This document shows, piece after piece, positions 18,615 through 28,643 of a stretch of 64,000 nt of DNA. The notes beneath the pieces are model-generated. The model worked only from the letters and a program-made list of their open reading frames with translations, was not told the origin of the DNA and did not search any database. Every line of letters begins with the position of its first letter. The first letter of the stretch is position 1. The stretch is from Chloroflexota bacterium (GTDB lineage: Bacteria > Chloroflexota > Dehalococcoidia > Bin125), in assembly GCA_028873865.1 (NCBI GenBank), contig JAPPNI010000039.1, positions 26,752-90,751 of the forward strand, written 5' to 3'. A program made the position numbers and the translations under genes.

Positions 18615-20441
18615 GTGCCGTACAGCACGGCGGCCAGAGCTTGGAGAAAAGCAGTGCATGACATCGTGATCCGCAATGGACGCATTGTTGACGGGACGGG
18701 GGCTCCCGAGTTTGTCGGCGACGTTGCGATTGACGGCGACCGGATTTCTGCGGTGGTCCGCGAGGGCGAGGGGATCATCGGCGAGGGACGCCGGGAGATC
18801 GATGCGTCGGGCAAGCTGGTGACTCCGGGCTGGATCGACATCCATACGCACATGGACGCGCAGGTGTCGTGGGACCCCTACATGACGCCGTCCTGCTACA
18901 ACGGCGTCACCACCGTGGTGATGGGCAACTGCGGCGTCGGCTTTGCGCCGGTGCGCGAAGACGACCGCGAGTGGCTGATGGACCTCATGGACGCAGTGGA
19001 GGACATCCCGGCGACGGCGATGGCGGTCGGGATTACGTGGGAGTGGGAGTCATTCCCGGAGTACCTGGATGCGATCGACGACAAGCCTCGGGTGATGGAC
19101 ATTGCGGCGCAGTTCCCGCACTGCGCGCTGCGCACCTACGTGATGGGTCCGCGCGGGGCCGACGACGTGCAGCCGTCCGACGATGAACTGGCGCACATGC
19201 GGCGTCTGGTGCGAGAGGGCATCGAGGCCGGCGCGGTTGGGTTCTCCTCCAACCGCCTGCTGGCTCACCGGACCAAAGAGGGCGAGCTGATTCCCGGCAC
19301 GCTGGCGCAGTACCCAGAGTTGGAGGCCGTGGCCGAGGGCATCGAGCAGGGTGGCGGCGGAGTGTTCCAACTGGTCGGTCCGTTCGAGCGCGAGTGGGTC
19401 GAGGACATGGCTCTGACTCACGGCCTGACGATCACCTACCTGTCCGGCGAGGGCTCAGTCACCAACGGAGCCGGCTGGAAGGAAGGCCTGGAGAGCGTCG
19501 AAGAGGCAACCGAGCGCGGGGTGCGGATCTTCCCCCAGATCCGGGGCCGCGGCACGACGCTGCTGATGAATCTCGAAGGTTCGATCCACCCGTACACACT
19601 CAACTTCGCCTACCGCGACCTGGTCGAACATCTGCCTCTGGCCGAGCGCCTGGAGAAGATGCGAGATCCCGAGGTCAAGGCGCAGATCCTGTCCAGCGAC
19701 TGGGATCTGACCAATGACGTGCGCAACAACGTCGAGAATGCTGAGGATCACCCGTTCCTGGTCGACACCACGCCGGGCAACTTGCTGCCCGGGCTGTTGG
19801 AGTTGGTGCTTGGCTCTCCGGAAACGGTGTACGTGCTGGGTGACCCGCCGGTGTATGAACCTGAATATGACCGATCGGTCGCCGCGCACGCCGAACGCGA
19901 AGGGCTAACCGCCGAAGAGGCCTTCTACGACTTGATGACCCAGAGCGACGGCTCGACCCTGTTGCTGGTCTACCTCGAGGGCTACTCGCAGGGCAACTTC
20001 GACTATCAGCGCGATCTGATGATGCACCCGCTGACTCGCAACGGCCTCTCCGACGCCGGCGCGCACGTGGCGGCCGTCTCGGACGCACACATGGTGTCGT
20101 GGAATCTGGCCTACTGGGGCCGTGATCGAACCCGTGGCGAGCGGGTGCCGCTGGAGACGATCGTGCACAAGCAGTCGGGCGCCAACGCCGACCTGTACCG
20201 CTTGCGCGACCGGGGCGAACTGGTCGCGGGCAAGCGGGCCGACGTGAATGTGATTGACTTCGAGCGACTGGAGACCGACGCGCCACAGATGGTCTATGAC
20301 CTGCCCGAGAGCGCGAAGCGCTTCATGCAGCGCCCGACCGGCTACGTCGCGACGATCTGCGCCGGCGAGGTTGTGCTCGAAGATGACGAACTGACCGGCG
20401 CGCTACCGGGCAAGCTGGTCCGAGGTCCGCAGACGACGTAG
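18615..20441 (+). CDS. N-acyl-D-amino-acid deacylase (D-aminoacylase) family amidohydrolase
   Basis: DIVIRNGRIVDG...GWIDIHTHMD metal-binding motif; start uncertain (GTG 18615 or GTG 18654). Confidence 0.8.
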   Translation: MPYSTAARAWRKAVHDIVIRNGRIVDGTGAPEFVGDVAIDGDRISAVVREGEGIIGEGRREIDASGKLVTPGWIDIHTHMDAQVSWDPYMTPSCYNGVTTVVMGNCGVGFAPVREDDREWLMDLMDAVEDIPATAMAVGITWEWESFPEYLDAIDDKPRVMDIAAQFPHCALRTYVMGPRGADDVQPSDDELAHMRRLVREGIEAGAVGFSSNRLLAHRTKEGELIPGTLAQYPELEAVAEGIEQGGGGVFQLVGPFEREWVEDMALTHGLTITYLSGEGSVTNGAGWKEGLESVEEATERGVRIFPQIRGRGTTLLMNLEGSIHPYTLNFAYRDLVEHLPLAERLEKMRDPEVKAQILSSDWDLTNDVRNNVENAEDHPFLVDTTPGNLLPGLLELVLGSPETVYVLGDPPVYEPEYDRSVAAHAEREGLTAEEAFYDLMTQSDGSTLLLVYLEGYSQGNFDYQRDLMMHPLTRNGLSDAGAHVAAVSDAHMVSWNLAYWGRDRTRGERVPLETIVHKQSGANADLYRLRDRGELVAGKRADVNVIDFERLETDAPQMVYDLPESAKRFMQRPTGYVATICAGEVVLEDDELTGALPGKLVRGPQTT

Positions 20442-20471
20442 GCCGCTGCGCGAGACTCGACCCTCTCATTC

Positions 20472-20505
20472 AAGGGGTTCCTTCCGGCTGCGGAAGGAAC
20501 CCCTT
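20472..20505 (+). terminator. perfect 14-bp stem-loop after D-aminoacylase gene
   Basis: AAGGGGTTCCTTCC-ggctgc-GGAAGGAACCCCTT; short T-run about 15 nt downstream. Confidence 0.5.
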
Positions 20506-20510
20506 GATCG

Positions 20511-20539
20511 TTGCAATCGCGTTTTGTAAGAGGCATACT
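20511..20539 (+). promoter_or_regulatory. putative sigma70-like promoter for second transporter operon
   Basis: TTGCAA-N17-CATACT; would give about 140-nt leader before ATG 20686. Confidence 0.35.
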
Positions 20540-20685
20540 CCCAGAAATTCGCGGCAAGCGAATCAGGTGGTGTGCGCTCGAGCGCCGCTGCCGGACTGGC
20601 AGGTTGGAGTGGAAAGGTTGTAACGAGCGAGTCCCGACCGCTGCCACGCACGAGAGACCCAACACAGAGCTAGAGAGACCGAACG

Positions 20686-22572
20686 ATGACCGAACGAAAC
20701 TACTGGCAGCGAATGCGCCGATCACGGATGAGCAGGAGAGCGCTGTTGCGCGCCTCTGGACGGGCGGGGGTCGGCGCGGCGGGACTTGCGCTGGTCGGCT
20801 GCGGCGATGACGACGATGACGACGCCGTCGCGCAGGTCCAGCAGCAACAGCAGCAGGCCCAACCGGCAGCTCAGCAGCAGCAGCAACAACAGCAACAGCA
20901 AGCCGCGCCCGCTGAGCAGCAAGAACAGCAGCAGGAGCAGCAAGCGGTGGCGCAGGCGCAGCAGGCCGAGCAGCAAGAGCAGCAGGCCATGCAGCAGCAA
21001 CAACAGCAGCAGGAAGCTGTCGACCTGTCCCGCGAAGGCGAGACCGACTGGGAACGCACCGTGACCGTGGCCGTCCCCAACGCGGTTGGCGGCCTCGACG
21101 TGCAGGCGCCGGGCAACTACACGCTCAAGTGGAACGGCCCGCTGCACTTCGATCAGTTGCTGCAGTACGACCTCGTCACCCGCGAGATCGTCCCTCACGT
21201 CGGTAGCTTCGAGTGGATCGAGGATTTCACCGCGCTGCTCTGGCACGTCAATCCTGGCCACGCCTGGCACGATGGCACACCGCTGACGGCCGACGACGTC
21301 AAGTTCTCGATTGAGCGGGCCGGAGGTGAAGCGGGGTACAACGACAGCGGGACCTACGAGACAGGGATTGCGTACATCATCTCGGCGGTCAACGGCACGG
21401 CAGAGGTGATCGACGACTCGACGCTGCGCCTGCCGGTCAACACCGATGTCACGGCCCCGGGCAGCGTGGGCACGACGATGCCGCTCGTTCCGAGGCACCG
21501 GATCGAGGAACTGGGCGACGAGGGCTACAACCGCGACGGTCTGGCCAGCGGGCCGTTCATGTTGGACAATTTCGAGCCCGACATCGAAGTGCGCAGCGTG
21601 CGCAACGACAACTACCCGATCGGCTACGAGAACCTGAACCGCAAGCACCGTGCCTGGGCCAAGGAGATTGTGCAATCCGTGCGGCCCGAACCGGTTGCGC
21701 GTCTGGCGGCGCTGCAGGCGGGCGAGGCTGATGTCGCGCCCTCGCTCGAATGGGAGATCGTGCAGGACTTCGTCGACGAGCCCGGATTCGAGGTGCTCTT
21801 CGATCCGGGTTGCTGTCCACACACGATCTTCCCGAACACGCTGGTGCCGATGTTCGAGGACGGCTCGAATGCGTACCGCGACATCCGCGTCCGGCAGGCG
21901 ATGAACCACGCCGTCGACGTGGAGACGATCTACACGGCGATCGCCACCGGTCGAGAACAACGCGCCTACGGCATTGGCACCCGGCAGCTGGGCGGGATGC
22001 AGCCCGAACAGTCGGGTCCGCTGACGATGGAGTACAACGTCGAGAAGGCGATGCAGCTGATGGACGCCGCCGGCTATGCCGAGGGCTTCGAGTCGGACTT
22101 CTACGGGACGGCCGGCTTCTTCGCCTGGACCGACCAGATCGCGCTCTCGGTGCAGCAGTATCTCGACGTGGTCGGGATTCGGACCAACCTGCAGCTCGAC
22201 CCGCTGCCCGACTTCCGGGCGCGGATGGCCCAGCGTGACGTGCCGGGGCTGCACTACTACTTCACCAACCAATCGCCCGACCCGTTCCAGGTGATCAACG
22301 CCGAGGTAGCGGAAGGCGGCACGTTGTCCGTGGCCGAGTACCCGGACTCAGGCATCCAGGAACTGGTCGAAGCCCAGCGCTCGGAGTTCGATCCAGCGAA
22401 GCGCAGGCAGTATCTCAATGAGCTCGCTCAGTTGATCTACACCAACGCCTCGTGGCTTTTCCTGTTCGAGACCGTCGGGACCGGCCTGATGTCCGACACC
22501 CTCGAATGGGATATGAAAGGAAACTCGCGAGACTACGGCGGTCTGTGGGGCGTTCGTCCGCTCGTGACCTAG
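20686..22572 (+). CDS. ABC transporter substrate-binding lipoprotein (family 5), paralog of 6237-8123, with poly-Q/A/E linker
   Basis: 628 aa; N-terminus MTERNYWQRMRRSRMSRRALLRASGRAGVGAAGLALVGCG nearly identical to SBP1, followed by about 75-aa Q-rich linker. Confidence 0.85.
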   Translation: MTERNYWQRMRRSRMSRRALLRASGRAGVGAAGLALVGCGDDDDDDAVAQVQQQQQQAQPAAQQQQQQQQQQAAPAEQQEQQQEQQAVAQAQQAEQQEQQAMQQQQQQQEAVDLSREGETDWERTVTVAVPNAVGGLDVQAPGNYTLKWNGPLHFDQLLQYDLVTREIVPHVGSFEWIEDFTALLWHVNPGHAWHDGTPLTADDVKFSIERAGGEAGYNDSGTYETGIAYIISAVNGTAEVIDDSTLRLPVNTDVTAPGSVGTTMPLVPRHRIEELGDEGYNRDGLASGPFMLDNFEPDIEVRSVRNDNYPIGYENLNRKHRAWAKEIVQSVRPEPVARLAALQAGEADVAPSLEWEIVQDFVDEPGFEVLFDPGCCPHTIFPNTLVPMFEDGSNAYRDIRVRQAMNHAVDVETIYTAIATGREQRAYGIGTRQLGGMQPEQSGPLTMEYNVEKAMQLMDAAGYAEGFESDFYGTAGFFAWTDQIALSVQQYLDVVGIRTNLQLDPLPDFRARMAQRDVPGLHYYFTNQSPDPFQVINAEVAEGGTLSVAEYPDSGIQELVEAQRSEFDPAKRRQYLNELAQLIYTNASWLFLFETVGTGLMSDTLEWDMKGNSRDYGGLWGVRPLVT

Positions 22573-22602
22573 TGTCGACCGCTCCCTGCAGGAAGGCCGG
22601 AC

Positions 22603-23541
22603 ATGGGTCCGCAGAGCATCTCTACGATCCTTGTTTCGCGCCTCCTGCAGGGGATCCTGGTCGTCTTCGTCGTCATCTCGGTCGTGTTCCTGGTCTCACG
22701 ACTGGCGCGCAACCCGGTTGAGTATCTGACGACCGACGAAACGACGGAGGAGGAGAAGGAGCTGCTCAAGGAGCAGCTCGGGCTGACCGGACCGATCGGC
22801 ATCCAGTACGTCAACTTTCTGGTTGACGCCGTTCAGCTGGACCTGGGCAATTCGTTCATCAGCGCCCGACCGGCACTGTCAGAAGTCGGCAGCCGTGCAT
22901 CGAAGACTTTGCAGCTTGGCGCGTCGGCGTTGATCTTCTCTCTGGTTCTCGGCGTTCCCCTGGGCATCATCGCAGCGCTGTATCGGGCGACGCCGACAGA
23001 TTGGGTGGCTCGGTTCCTGGCCGTGCTCGGTCAGGCGATCCCCAACTTCTGGTTGGGGCTGATCCTGATCTTCTTTTTCGCGGTTCAGCTCGACCTGATG
23101 CCGACCGGCGGCAGCGGCGGGGTCGAACATCTCGTCCTGCCGACGATCACGTTGGGGCTGTTGGCTTCGGCCATTTCGATGCGGCTGACGCGCTCCGGCA
23201 TGATCGATGTGATGGGGACGGACTTCGTCCGTACGGCTCGGGCGAAAGGCCTGCGCGAGTCGACGATTATCTGGCGCCATGCGCTGCGTCACGCACTGCT
23301 GCCGGTGGCGACGATCCTGGGGATCCAGGTCGGCTACATGATCGCCGGCACAGTGATCGTCGAGCAGGTCTTCGCCTGGCCAGGTATCGGTCGGTTGATG
23401 CTGCACACGATCCTGGTCGGTGACTTTCCCGTCATGATCGCCGGGATCCTGGTCATTTCGACCAGCATCGTGGTCGCCAACATCCTGGTTGATCTGTCCT
23501 ATCCGATCATCGACCCGCGGATCCGATCGGGGGCTCGCTGA
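22603..23541 (+). CDS. ABC transporter permease (DppB-like)
   Basis: 312 aa multi-TM permease. Confidence 0.9.
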   Translation: MGPQSISTILVSRLLQGILVVFVVISVVFLVSRLARNPVEYLTTDETTEEEKELLKEQLGLTGPIGIQYVNFLVDAVQLDLGNSFISARPALSEVGSRASKTLQLGASALIFSLVLGVPLGIIAALYRATPTDWVARFLAVLGQAIPNFWLGLILIFFFAVQLDLMPTGGSGGVEHLVLPTITLGLLASAISMRLTRSGMIDVMGTDFVRTARAKGLRESTIIWRHALRHALLPVATILGIQVGYMIAGTVIVEQVFAWPGIGRLMLHTILVGDFPVMIAGILVISTSIVVANILVDLSYPIIDPRIRSGAR

Positions 23542-24440
23542 TGGCGGCGCGGGCGGCCGCAGCTGCCCCGGCCTCTCTGCTGCGCGGCGTGCGACTGGGC
23601 GGATCCTGGCAGCGTGCCCTGCTGCTCGCGCCGGCGGTGATCATTCTGCTCGCGTTTCTGACTGCCGGAATCTTCGCTGATCTGCTGTCGGCCTACGACC
23701 CGGAACAGATTGTCCTGCAGGAACGTCTGATTCTGCCGGCGTTCCAGGACGGCGGGAACATCGCTCATCCACTCGGAACCGACAATCTCGGACGAGACAT
23801 CCTCGCTCGCGTCATGTACGGGGCGCGGGTGTCATTGCTGGTCGTGGTCACCTGTATTCCGGCGTCGGCGCTGATTGGGACGCTCTGCGGCCTGCTGGCG
23901 GGCTGGCGGCTGGGCTGGTGGGACCGCTTCCTGATGCGCATCGTGGATGTGCAGCTGGCGCTACCGGCGATCCTGTTCGCGTTGCTGATTTCGGTGGTCT
24001 TCGGAGCCAGCCTGCTCAACGTGATCCTGATCATCATCATCTTCAGCTGGTCGGGCTACGCCCGGCTTGTGCGGGCCGATGTGCTGTCTTTGCGCGAGCA
24101 GGAGTTCGTGGTCGCCGCGCGGGCCAGCGGGGCCAGCGACCGGCGCATCCTCTTCCGGCACGTGCTGCCCAACATCGTCAACACGATCGTGATCATGGCG
24201 ACGCTGGATGTGCCCTCGGTGATCCTGATCGAAGCTGCGCTCAGCTTCCTCAACATCGGCGTGGCGCCGGGCACGCCGTCGTGGGGAGCGATGATCTCGG
24301 AGGGCCGCAACTTCATGACGATTGCCTGGTGGCCGATCTGGATGCCGGGGATCGCGATCCTGCTGGTCTCGTTGACCGGCAACCTGTTCGGCGACTGGCT
24401 GCGGGACAGGCTCGATCCGCGCTTACGCAACGTGCGTTGA
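23541..24440 (+). CDS. ABC transporter permease (DppC-like)
   Basis: 299 aa multi-TM permease. Confidence 0.9.
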   Translation: MAARAAAAAPASLLRGVRLGGSWQRALLLAPAVIILLAFLTAGIFADLLSAYDPEQIVLQERLILPAFQDGGNIAHPLGTDNLGRDILARVMYGARVSLLVVVTCIPASALIGTLCGLLAGWRLGWWDRFLMRIVDVQLALPAILFALLISVVFGASLLNVILIIIIFSWSGYARLVRADVLSLREQEFVVAARASGASDRRILFRHVLPNIVNTIVIMATLDVPSVILIEAALSFLNIGVAPGTPSWGAMISEGRNFMTIAWWPIWMPGIAILLVSLTGNLFGDWLRDRLDPRLRNVR

Positions 24441-24509
24441 CCGTCAATACCGGACCCCGCGATAGCATCGAAGCGCTGCATCGGCTGGGCTGACTCAAGG
24501 AGCGCTTCG

Positions 24510-25625
24510 ATGACTGAAATTACCGCCGTTCGTTCGCGCATGCTGCGGATTCCGCTCGACCACCCGACCTCGTTTTCCAACCGCACCGTCTACCACCGCG
24601 ACCATCCCGTGGTCGAGGTTGAGTGTGACGACGGGCATGCCGGGATTGGGTTTTGCTATGCGGGCAACTCCAACGGGCAGCTGGTTACCTCGGCGATCGA
24701 CAACCTGTTCGCGCCTCTGCTGGTCGGGCAGGACCCGTTCCGGGTCGAGGGTCTGTGGGCGGAGATGTACCAGGAGTCGCTGCTGCATGGTCGCGCCGGC
24801 TCGACGATTCGAGCGCTGTCGATGCTGGACATCGCGCTCTGGGATCACAACGCCAAAGCGGCGGGGCTGCCGCTGTACAAGCTGCTCGGCGGCTACTACG
24901 AGGACACGGTTCCGGCTTACGCATCGGGCGGCTACTACCTCGAGGGCAAGGACCATGAGGGTCTACAGCAAGAGTTGCTGGGCTACGTCGAGATGGGCTT
25001 CGACGCGGTGAAGATCAAGGTGGGTCGCCTCTCCGTGCGCGAGGAAGCATCGAGGATGCAGGCGGCTCGCGAGGCGGTCGGGCCCGACGTCCACATCATG
25101 CTCGACGCCAACAACGCCTGGTCGAACCTCGAGGACGCGCTGCGATACATGGCCGCCTATGAGCCGTCCAACCCGTACTGGATGGAAGAACCGTTCTCGC
25201 CCGACGCCATTGGTCTGCACGCGAAGCTGGCCCAGCGAACCGGCGTACCGGTAGCGACCGGTGAGATTGAGGTCGGGCGCTGGCGGTTCAAGGATCTGAT
25301 GGACCAGGACGCGGCGATGATCCTTCAGCCCGACGCGGCGGTGCTCGGCGGAGTGACCGAGTTCCGGCGGATCGCCAACACCGCGGCATCCTACGGTGTC
25401 TCGATCTGTCCGCACTGGTTCCACGATCTGCATCGCCACCTGGTTGCGGCTTCGCCAAACGCGACTTACGTCGAGTTCTTTCCCGACGACCAGGTGCACA
25501 ACTTCCGCAACGTGATCGATCGGCAGACGGAGGTCCGCGACGGTCGGCTGGTCTTGCCGGATACGCCGGGTCTGGGGTTTGAGTTCCTGCCTGAGGCGCT
25601 GGAACGCTACACCGTCACCGAATAG
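24510..25625 (+). CDS. enolase-superfamily protein (MR/MLE family)
   Basis: 371 aa; capping + barrel domains, KxK and Asp/Glu metal-ligand pattern; AAGGAG SD. Confidence 0.8.
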   Translation: MTEITAVRSRMLRIPLDHPTSFSNRTVYHRDHPVVEVECDDGHAGIGFCYAGNSNGQLVTSAIDNLFAPLLVGQDPFRVEGLWAEMYQESLLHGRAGSTIRALSMLDIALWDHNAKAAGLPLYKLLGGYYEDTVPAYASGGYYLEGKDHEGLQQELLGYVEMGFDAVKIKVGRLSVREEASRMQAAREAVGPDVHIMLDANNAWSNLEDALRYMAAYEPSNPYWMEEPFSPDAIGLHAKLAQRTGVPVATGEIEVGRWRFKDLMDQDAAMILQPDAAVLGGVTEFRRIANTAASYGVSICPHWFHDLHRHLVAASPNATYVEFFPDDQVHNFRNVIDRQTEVRDGRLVLPDTPGLGFEFLPEALERYTVTE

Positions 25626-25629
25626 GGCC

Positions 25630-26517
25630 TCAGGAAGCGACGACTACGCCATTCGCGATCGCGAGTTCGCCCTGGTGGTTGCGCATCTCGTAGAAGACGG
25701 TTTCTCGGTCTCCGTCGTCCCTGACTTCGAGCGCATTGACCGTCACATCCTTGCCGGGGATGACCATGCCCCGGAACTGGCCGGCGAAGCGGCGGACTCG
25801 GGTTGGATCTCCGTCGAGGTTGCGGTTGATGACTTCCCGCAGGGCGATGACGATGTTGGCCGAGCCGTGGAGGATGATGTCGGGCAGGCCGGCGGCCAGG
25901 GCGACCTTGCGCTCGGTGTGGATCGGATTCCAGATGTCGGCGCACTCGGTGTAGACGTGCGGCGCCTGCGGGTCGATGGGGAAGGTCGTCGACCAGACGG
26001 GGTCGCCGGTTTCGGTTGAGCGCTCCGGTAGCGGCGGGGCTGAGGCGATCTCGGCGTCGTCGCTGGCGAGTTCTGCGCCTCGGGTGATGCCGCCGGTGTC
26101 CATGATTGCGATTTCCTCGCCGCTGCTGTCGCGGAAGGTGAATCGTTGAGCGCTGAGTACTCCGGGACGGACCTGCTTGACGGCGACGCTCTGTCCCTGG
26201 CTGGTGATGACGTCTCCCTCGCGGGCGTGGCGGATGAACTGGACGTCGGCCCAGGCATGGACACCGCGTCGGACTAGCTCCAACGGAAACTCGACATCAG
26301 GCGTGAAGCGGCTGTTCCACTGCCAGCTGAAGACCATGCCGGGGTGCGCAATCAATCCGCCGGGCCGGTCGTCCTCGAAGTAGACGGGGTTGAAATCGTC
26401 GACACCACCGGCGAATGCCGTGATTGAGCGGGCGGTGACCTCGAAGGACCTGGCGATCGTGTAGCGCCCCACATCTGAGGTCATGCGCAGGTCGGGGGAC
26501 ACGGTCTCCGTGGTCAT
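25630..26517 (-). CDS. MaoC-family dehydratase (double hot-dog)
   Basis: 295 aa; C-terminal MaoC hydratase motif region and N-terminal pseudo hot-dog. Confidence 0.8.
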   Translation of the reverse strand: MTTETVSPDLRMTSDVGRYTIARSFEVTARSITAFAGGVDDFNPVYFEDDRPGGLIAHPGMVFSWQWNSRFTPDVEFPLELVRRGVHAWADVQFIRHAREGDVITSQGQSVAVKQVRPGVLSAQRFTFRDSSGEEIAIMDTGGITRGAELASDDAEIASAPPLPERSTETGDPVWSTTFPIDPQAPHVYTECADIWNPIHTERKVALAAGLPDIILHGSANIVIALREVINRNLDGDPTRVRRFAGQFRGMVIPGKDVTVNALEVRDDGDRETVFYEMRNHQGELAIANGVVVAS

Positions 26518-27173
26518 ACTCTTGGCCTCTCCGGCGACTCGGACTTGTGCTCGTACCGATCCCAGTGGAGGACCTCGTCCAGGGGACGGCGGCGGATCGG
26601 GCCGAAATTGCCGGTCGGCCAGCCGAGCGGGATCAGGACCATGGGCAGGATGTGATCGGGCAGGTTGAGGACCCTGGCAGCTTCATCGCGCTGGTCTCCG
26701 ATGAATGCGAGCGTCGTCGGGACCGAGCCAACGCCGAGGGCGCGAGCCGCAAGCAGCAGGTTTTGCACCGCGCCCCAGACCTCGGTGGCCGCGCCTGCGC
26801 CGACGGCGAAGGTGTCCGCAGGCGTGACCACCGTGTCGGCGCAGGCGATCACGACGGCCGGCACCTCGTGCAAGTGGTTCATCTGGTGCTCCACGGCGGC
26901 GAGGAAGCGCTCGCGACGCCCCTGGTCGACGTGCGGGTTGGCGGCATCGCGATTGTTGTCGAGGTACCTCGAGACGCCTCGGCGGTTGAGGTCGGCGAGC
27001 TGCTGCTTGACCTCGGGATCGCGCACGACGACCCAATGGCGGGCCTGGCGATTCGAGCCGCTCGGTCCGAGGTGGGCGGCCTCGATCAGCTGGACCAGGA
27101 CATCCTCGGGAATGGGGTCGGGCTTGTAGCGCCGCATGGCGCGCGCGGTCTGGATGACGTCGAAGAATTCCAT
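26514..27173 (-). CDS. nitroreductase family protein
   Basis: 219 aa; RAMRRYKPDP FMN-binding N-terminal motif; 4-nt overlap with MaoC gene. Confidence 0.8.
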   Translation of the reverse strand: MEFFDVIQTARAMRRYKPDPIPEDVLVQLIEAAHLGPSGSNRQARHWVVVRDPEVKQQLADLNRRGVSRYLDNNRDAANPHVDQGRRERFLAAVEHQMNHLHEVPAVVIACADTVVTPADTFAVGAGAATEVWGAVQNLLLAARALGVGSVPTTLAFIGDQRDEAARVLNLPDHILPMVLIPLGWPTGNFGPIRRRPLDEVLHWDRYEHKSESPERPRV

Positions 27174-27191
27174 GCTGTTGCTCCAGTTCGA

Positions 27192-27614
27192 TTAGTCGCC
27201 GTATGAGATCAGTTCGACCAAGTTGCCGTCCGGATCGCGGGTGTAGACGCTGACGCCTTCTGCTGTTCCGGAGGCTCGTCCGCCGACGCGACCGGCGGGG
27301 CCTTCGATCACCTCGCAACCGGCTGCCTCGATTGCGGCGGCGGCGGACTCGGGTGTGCCGTCCCAGACGAAGCAGAAGTCGCCGCAGCCCGGCTCTGCGG
27401 TCGGACCGCGCAGTTCGAACTCGGGGTTTTGCCAGAGCTTCGGGTCGTGGACGTTGATCTTCTGGTCGCCGCAGGCGATGGCGAAGATTGGGAATCTGCC
27501 ATCTCTCCACTCATCCTCATGGACGATCTCAAATCCGAGAGTGCGATAGAAATTCAACAACGCTTCAGGATCGCCCGCCGGGATCGCGACGTGATCCATG
27601 CCGGTTACCGCCAT
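27192..27614 (-). CDS. VOC/glyoxalase family protein
   Basis: 140 aa; MDHVAIP...beta-alpha-beta-beta-beta modules. Confidence 0.8.
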   Translation of the reverse strand: MAVTGMDHVAIPAGDPEALLNFYRTLGFEIVHEDEWRDGRFPIFAIACGDQKINVHDPKLWQNPEFELRGPTAEPGCGDFCFVWDGTPESAAAAIEAAGCEVIEGPAGRVGGRASGTAEGVSVYTRDPDGNLVELISYGD

Positions 27615-27728
27615 ATCCGCCCCGTTTCGCTGCAGCGCCGACGCTGCTCTGCTGAGCGAAGACTAACCCTTCACGCTGTTATCCTTGCCTCGCCCGCAAA
27701 CAGATTCCCAACCACTACCACAATCTCT

Positions 27729-28628
27729 GGAGCGACGATGCCCGATATCTCCGCCGACGATCCGTTCCCGCGCAAGCGATTGACCATTGGCGAGACCACG
27801 ATGGCTTACGTCGACGAGGGCACTCCAGACGGTGACGCGATCATCTTCCTGCACGGCAACCCGACCTCGTCCTACCTGTGGCGCAACATCATGCCGCACG
27901 TGTTCGAGTCGGGGCGATGTCTGGCGCCCGACCTGATCGGCATGGGGGTGTCCGGCTCGTCACCGTCAGGCTCGTATCGGTTTGTTGACCACGCGGAGTG
28001 GGTGGACGCCTGGATCGACGGCATGAACCTGGGCGACAACCTGACCTTCGTGATCCACGACTGGGGCTCGGCGCTGGGCTTCCACTGGGCGAACCGGCAC
28101 CGCGATCGGGTTAAGGGGCTGGTCTACATGGAGGCGATCGTCCGACCGGTGACCTGGGACGAGTGGCCCGAGGCGGCGGCGCGAATCTTCCAGGGCATGC
28201 GCTCGGAAGCCGGCGAGTCGATGGTGCTGGAGAAGAACGTCTTCGTCGAGCGGATCCTGCCGGGCAGCGTGCTGCGAGGTCTGACCGAGGAAGAGATGGA
28301 GGTCTATCGGCTGCCATACCGCGAGGAAGGCGAATCGCGTAGGCCGACGCTGACGTGGCCACGAGAGATTCCAATCGACGGCGAGCCGGCCGATGTGGCC
28401 GAGATCGCGCAGAGCTATGCCGACTTCCTCGCATCGGGCGATTCGGCGCACGTCGCGAAGCTGTTTGTGAACGCCGAGCCGGGCGCGATCCTGACCGGTG
28501 CGCAGCGCGAGTTCTGTCGGAGCTGGCCCAACCAGACCGAGGTCACCGTCGCGGGCAACCACTTCATCCAGGAAGACTCACCGCATGAGATTGGAGCAGC
28601 GATCCGGGACTGGTACTCCGGGATTTAG
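27729..28628 (+). CDS. haloalkane dehalogenase (DhaA/Renilla-luciferase-like subfamily)
   Basis: 300 aa; [27 protein letters not shown] (nucleophile Asp), catalytic Glu/His region; full-length colinear with DhaA. Confidence 0.85.
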   Translation, partial: GATMPDISADDPFPRKRLTIGETTMAYVDEGTPDGDAIIFLHGNPTSSYLWRNIMPHVFESGRCLAPDLIGMGVSGSSPSGSYRFVDHAEWVDAWIDGMNLGDNLTFVIHDWGSALGFHWANRHRDRVKGLVYMEAIVRPVTWDEWPEAAARIFQGMRSEAGESMVLEKNVFVERILPGSVLRGLTEEEMEVYRLPYREEGESRRPTLTWPREIPIDGEPADVAEIAQSYADFLASGDSAHVAKLFVNAEPGAILTGAQREFCRSWPNQTEVTVAGNHFIQEDSPHEIGAAIRDWYSGI

Positions 28629-28643
28629 CTAGGACACGAACCG

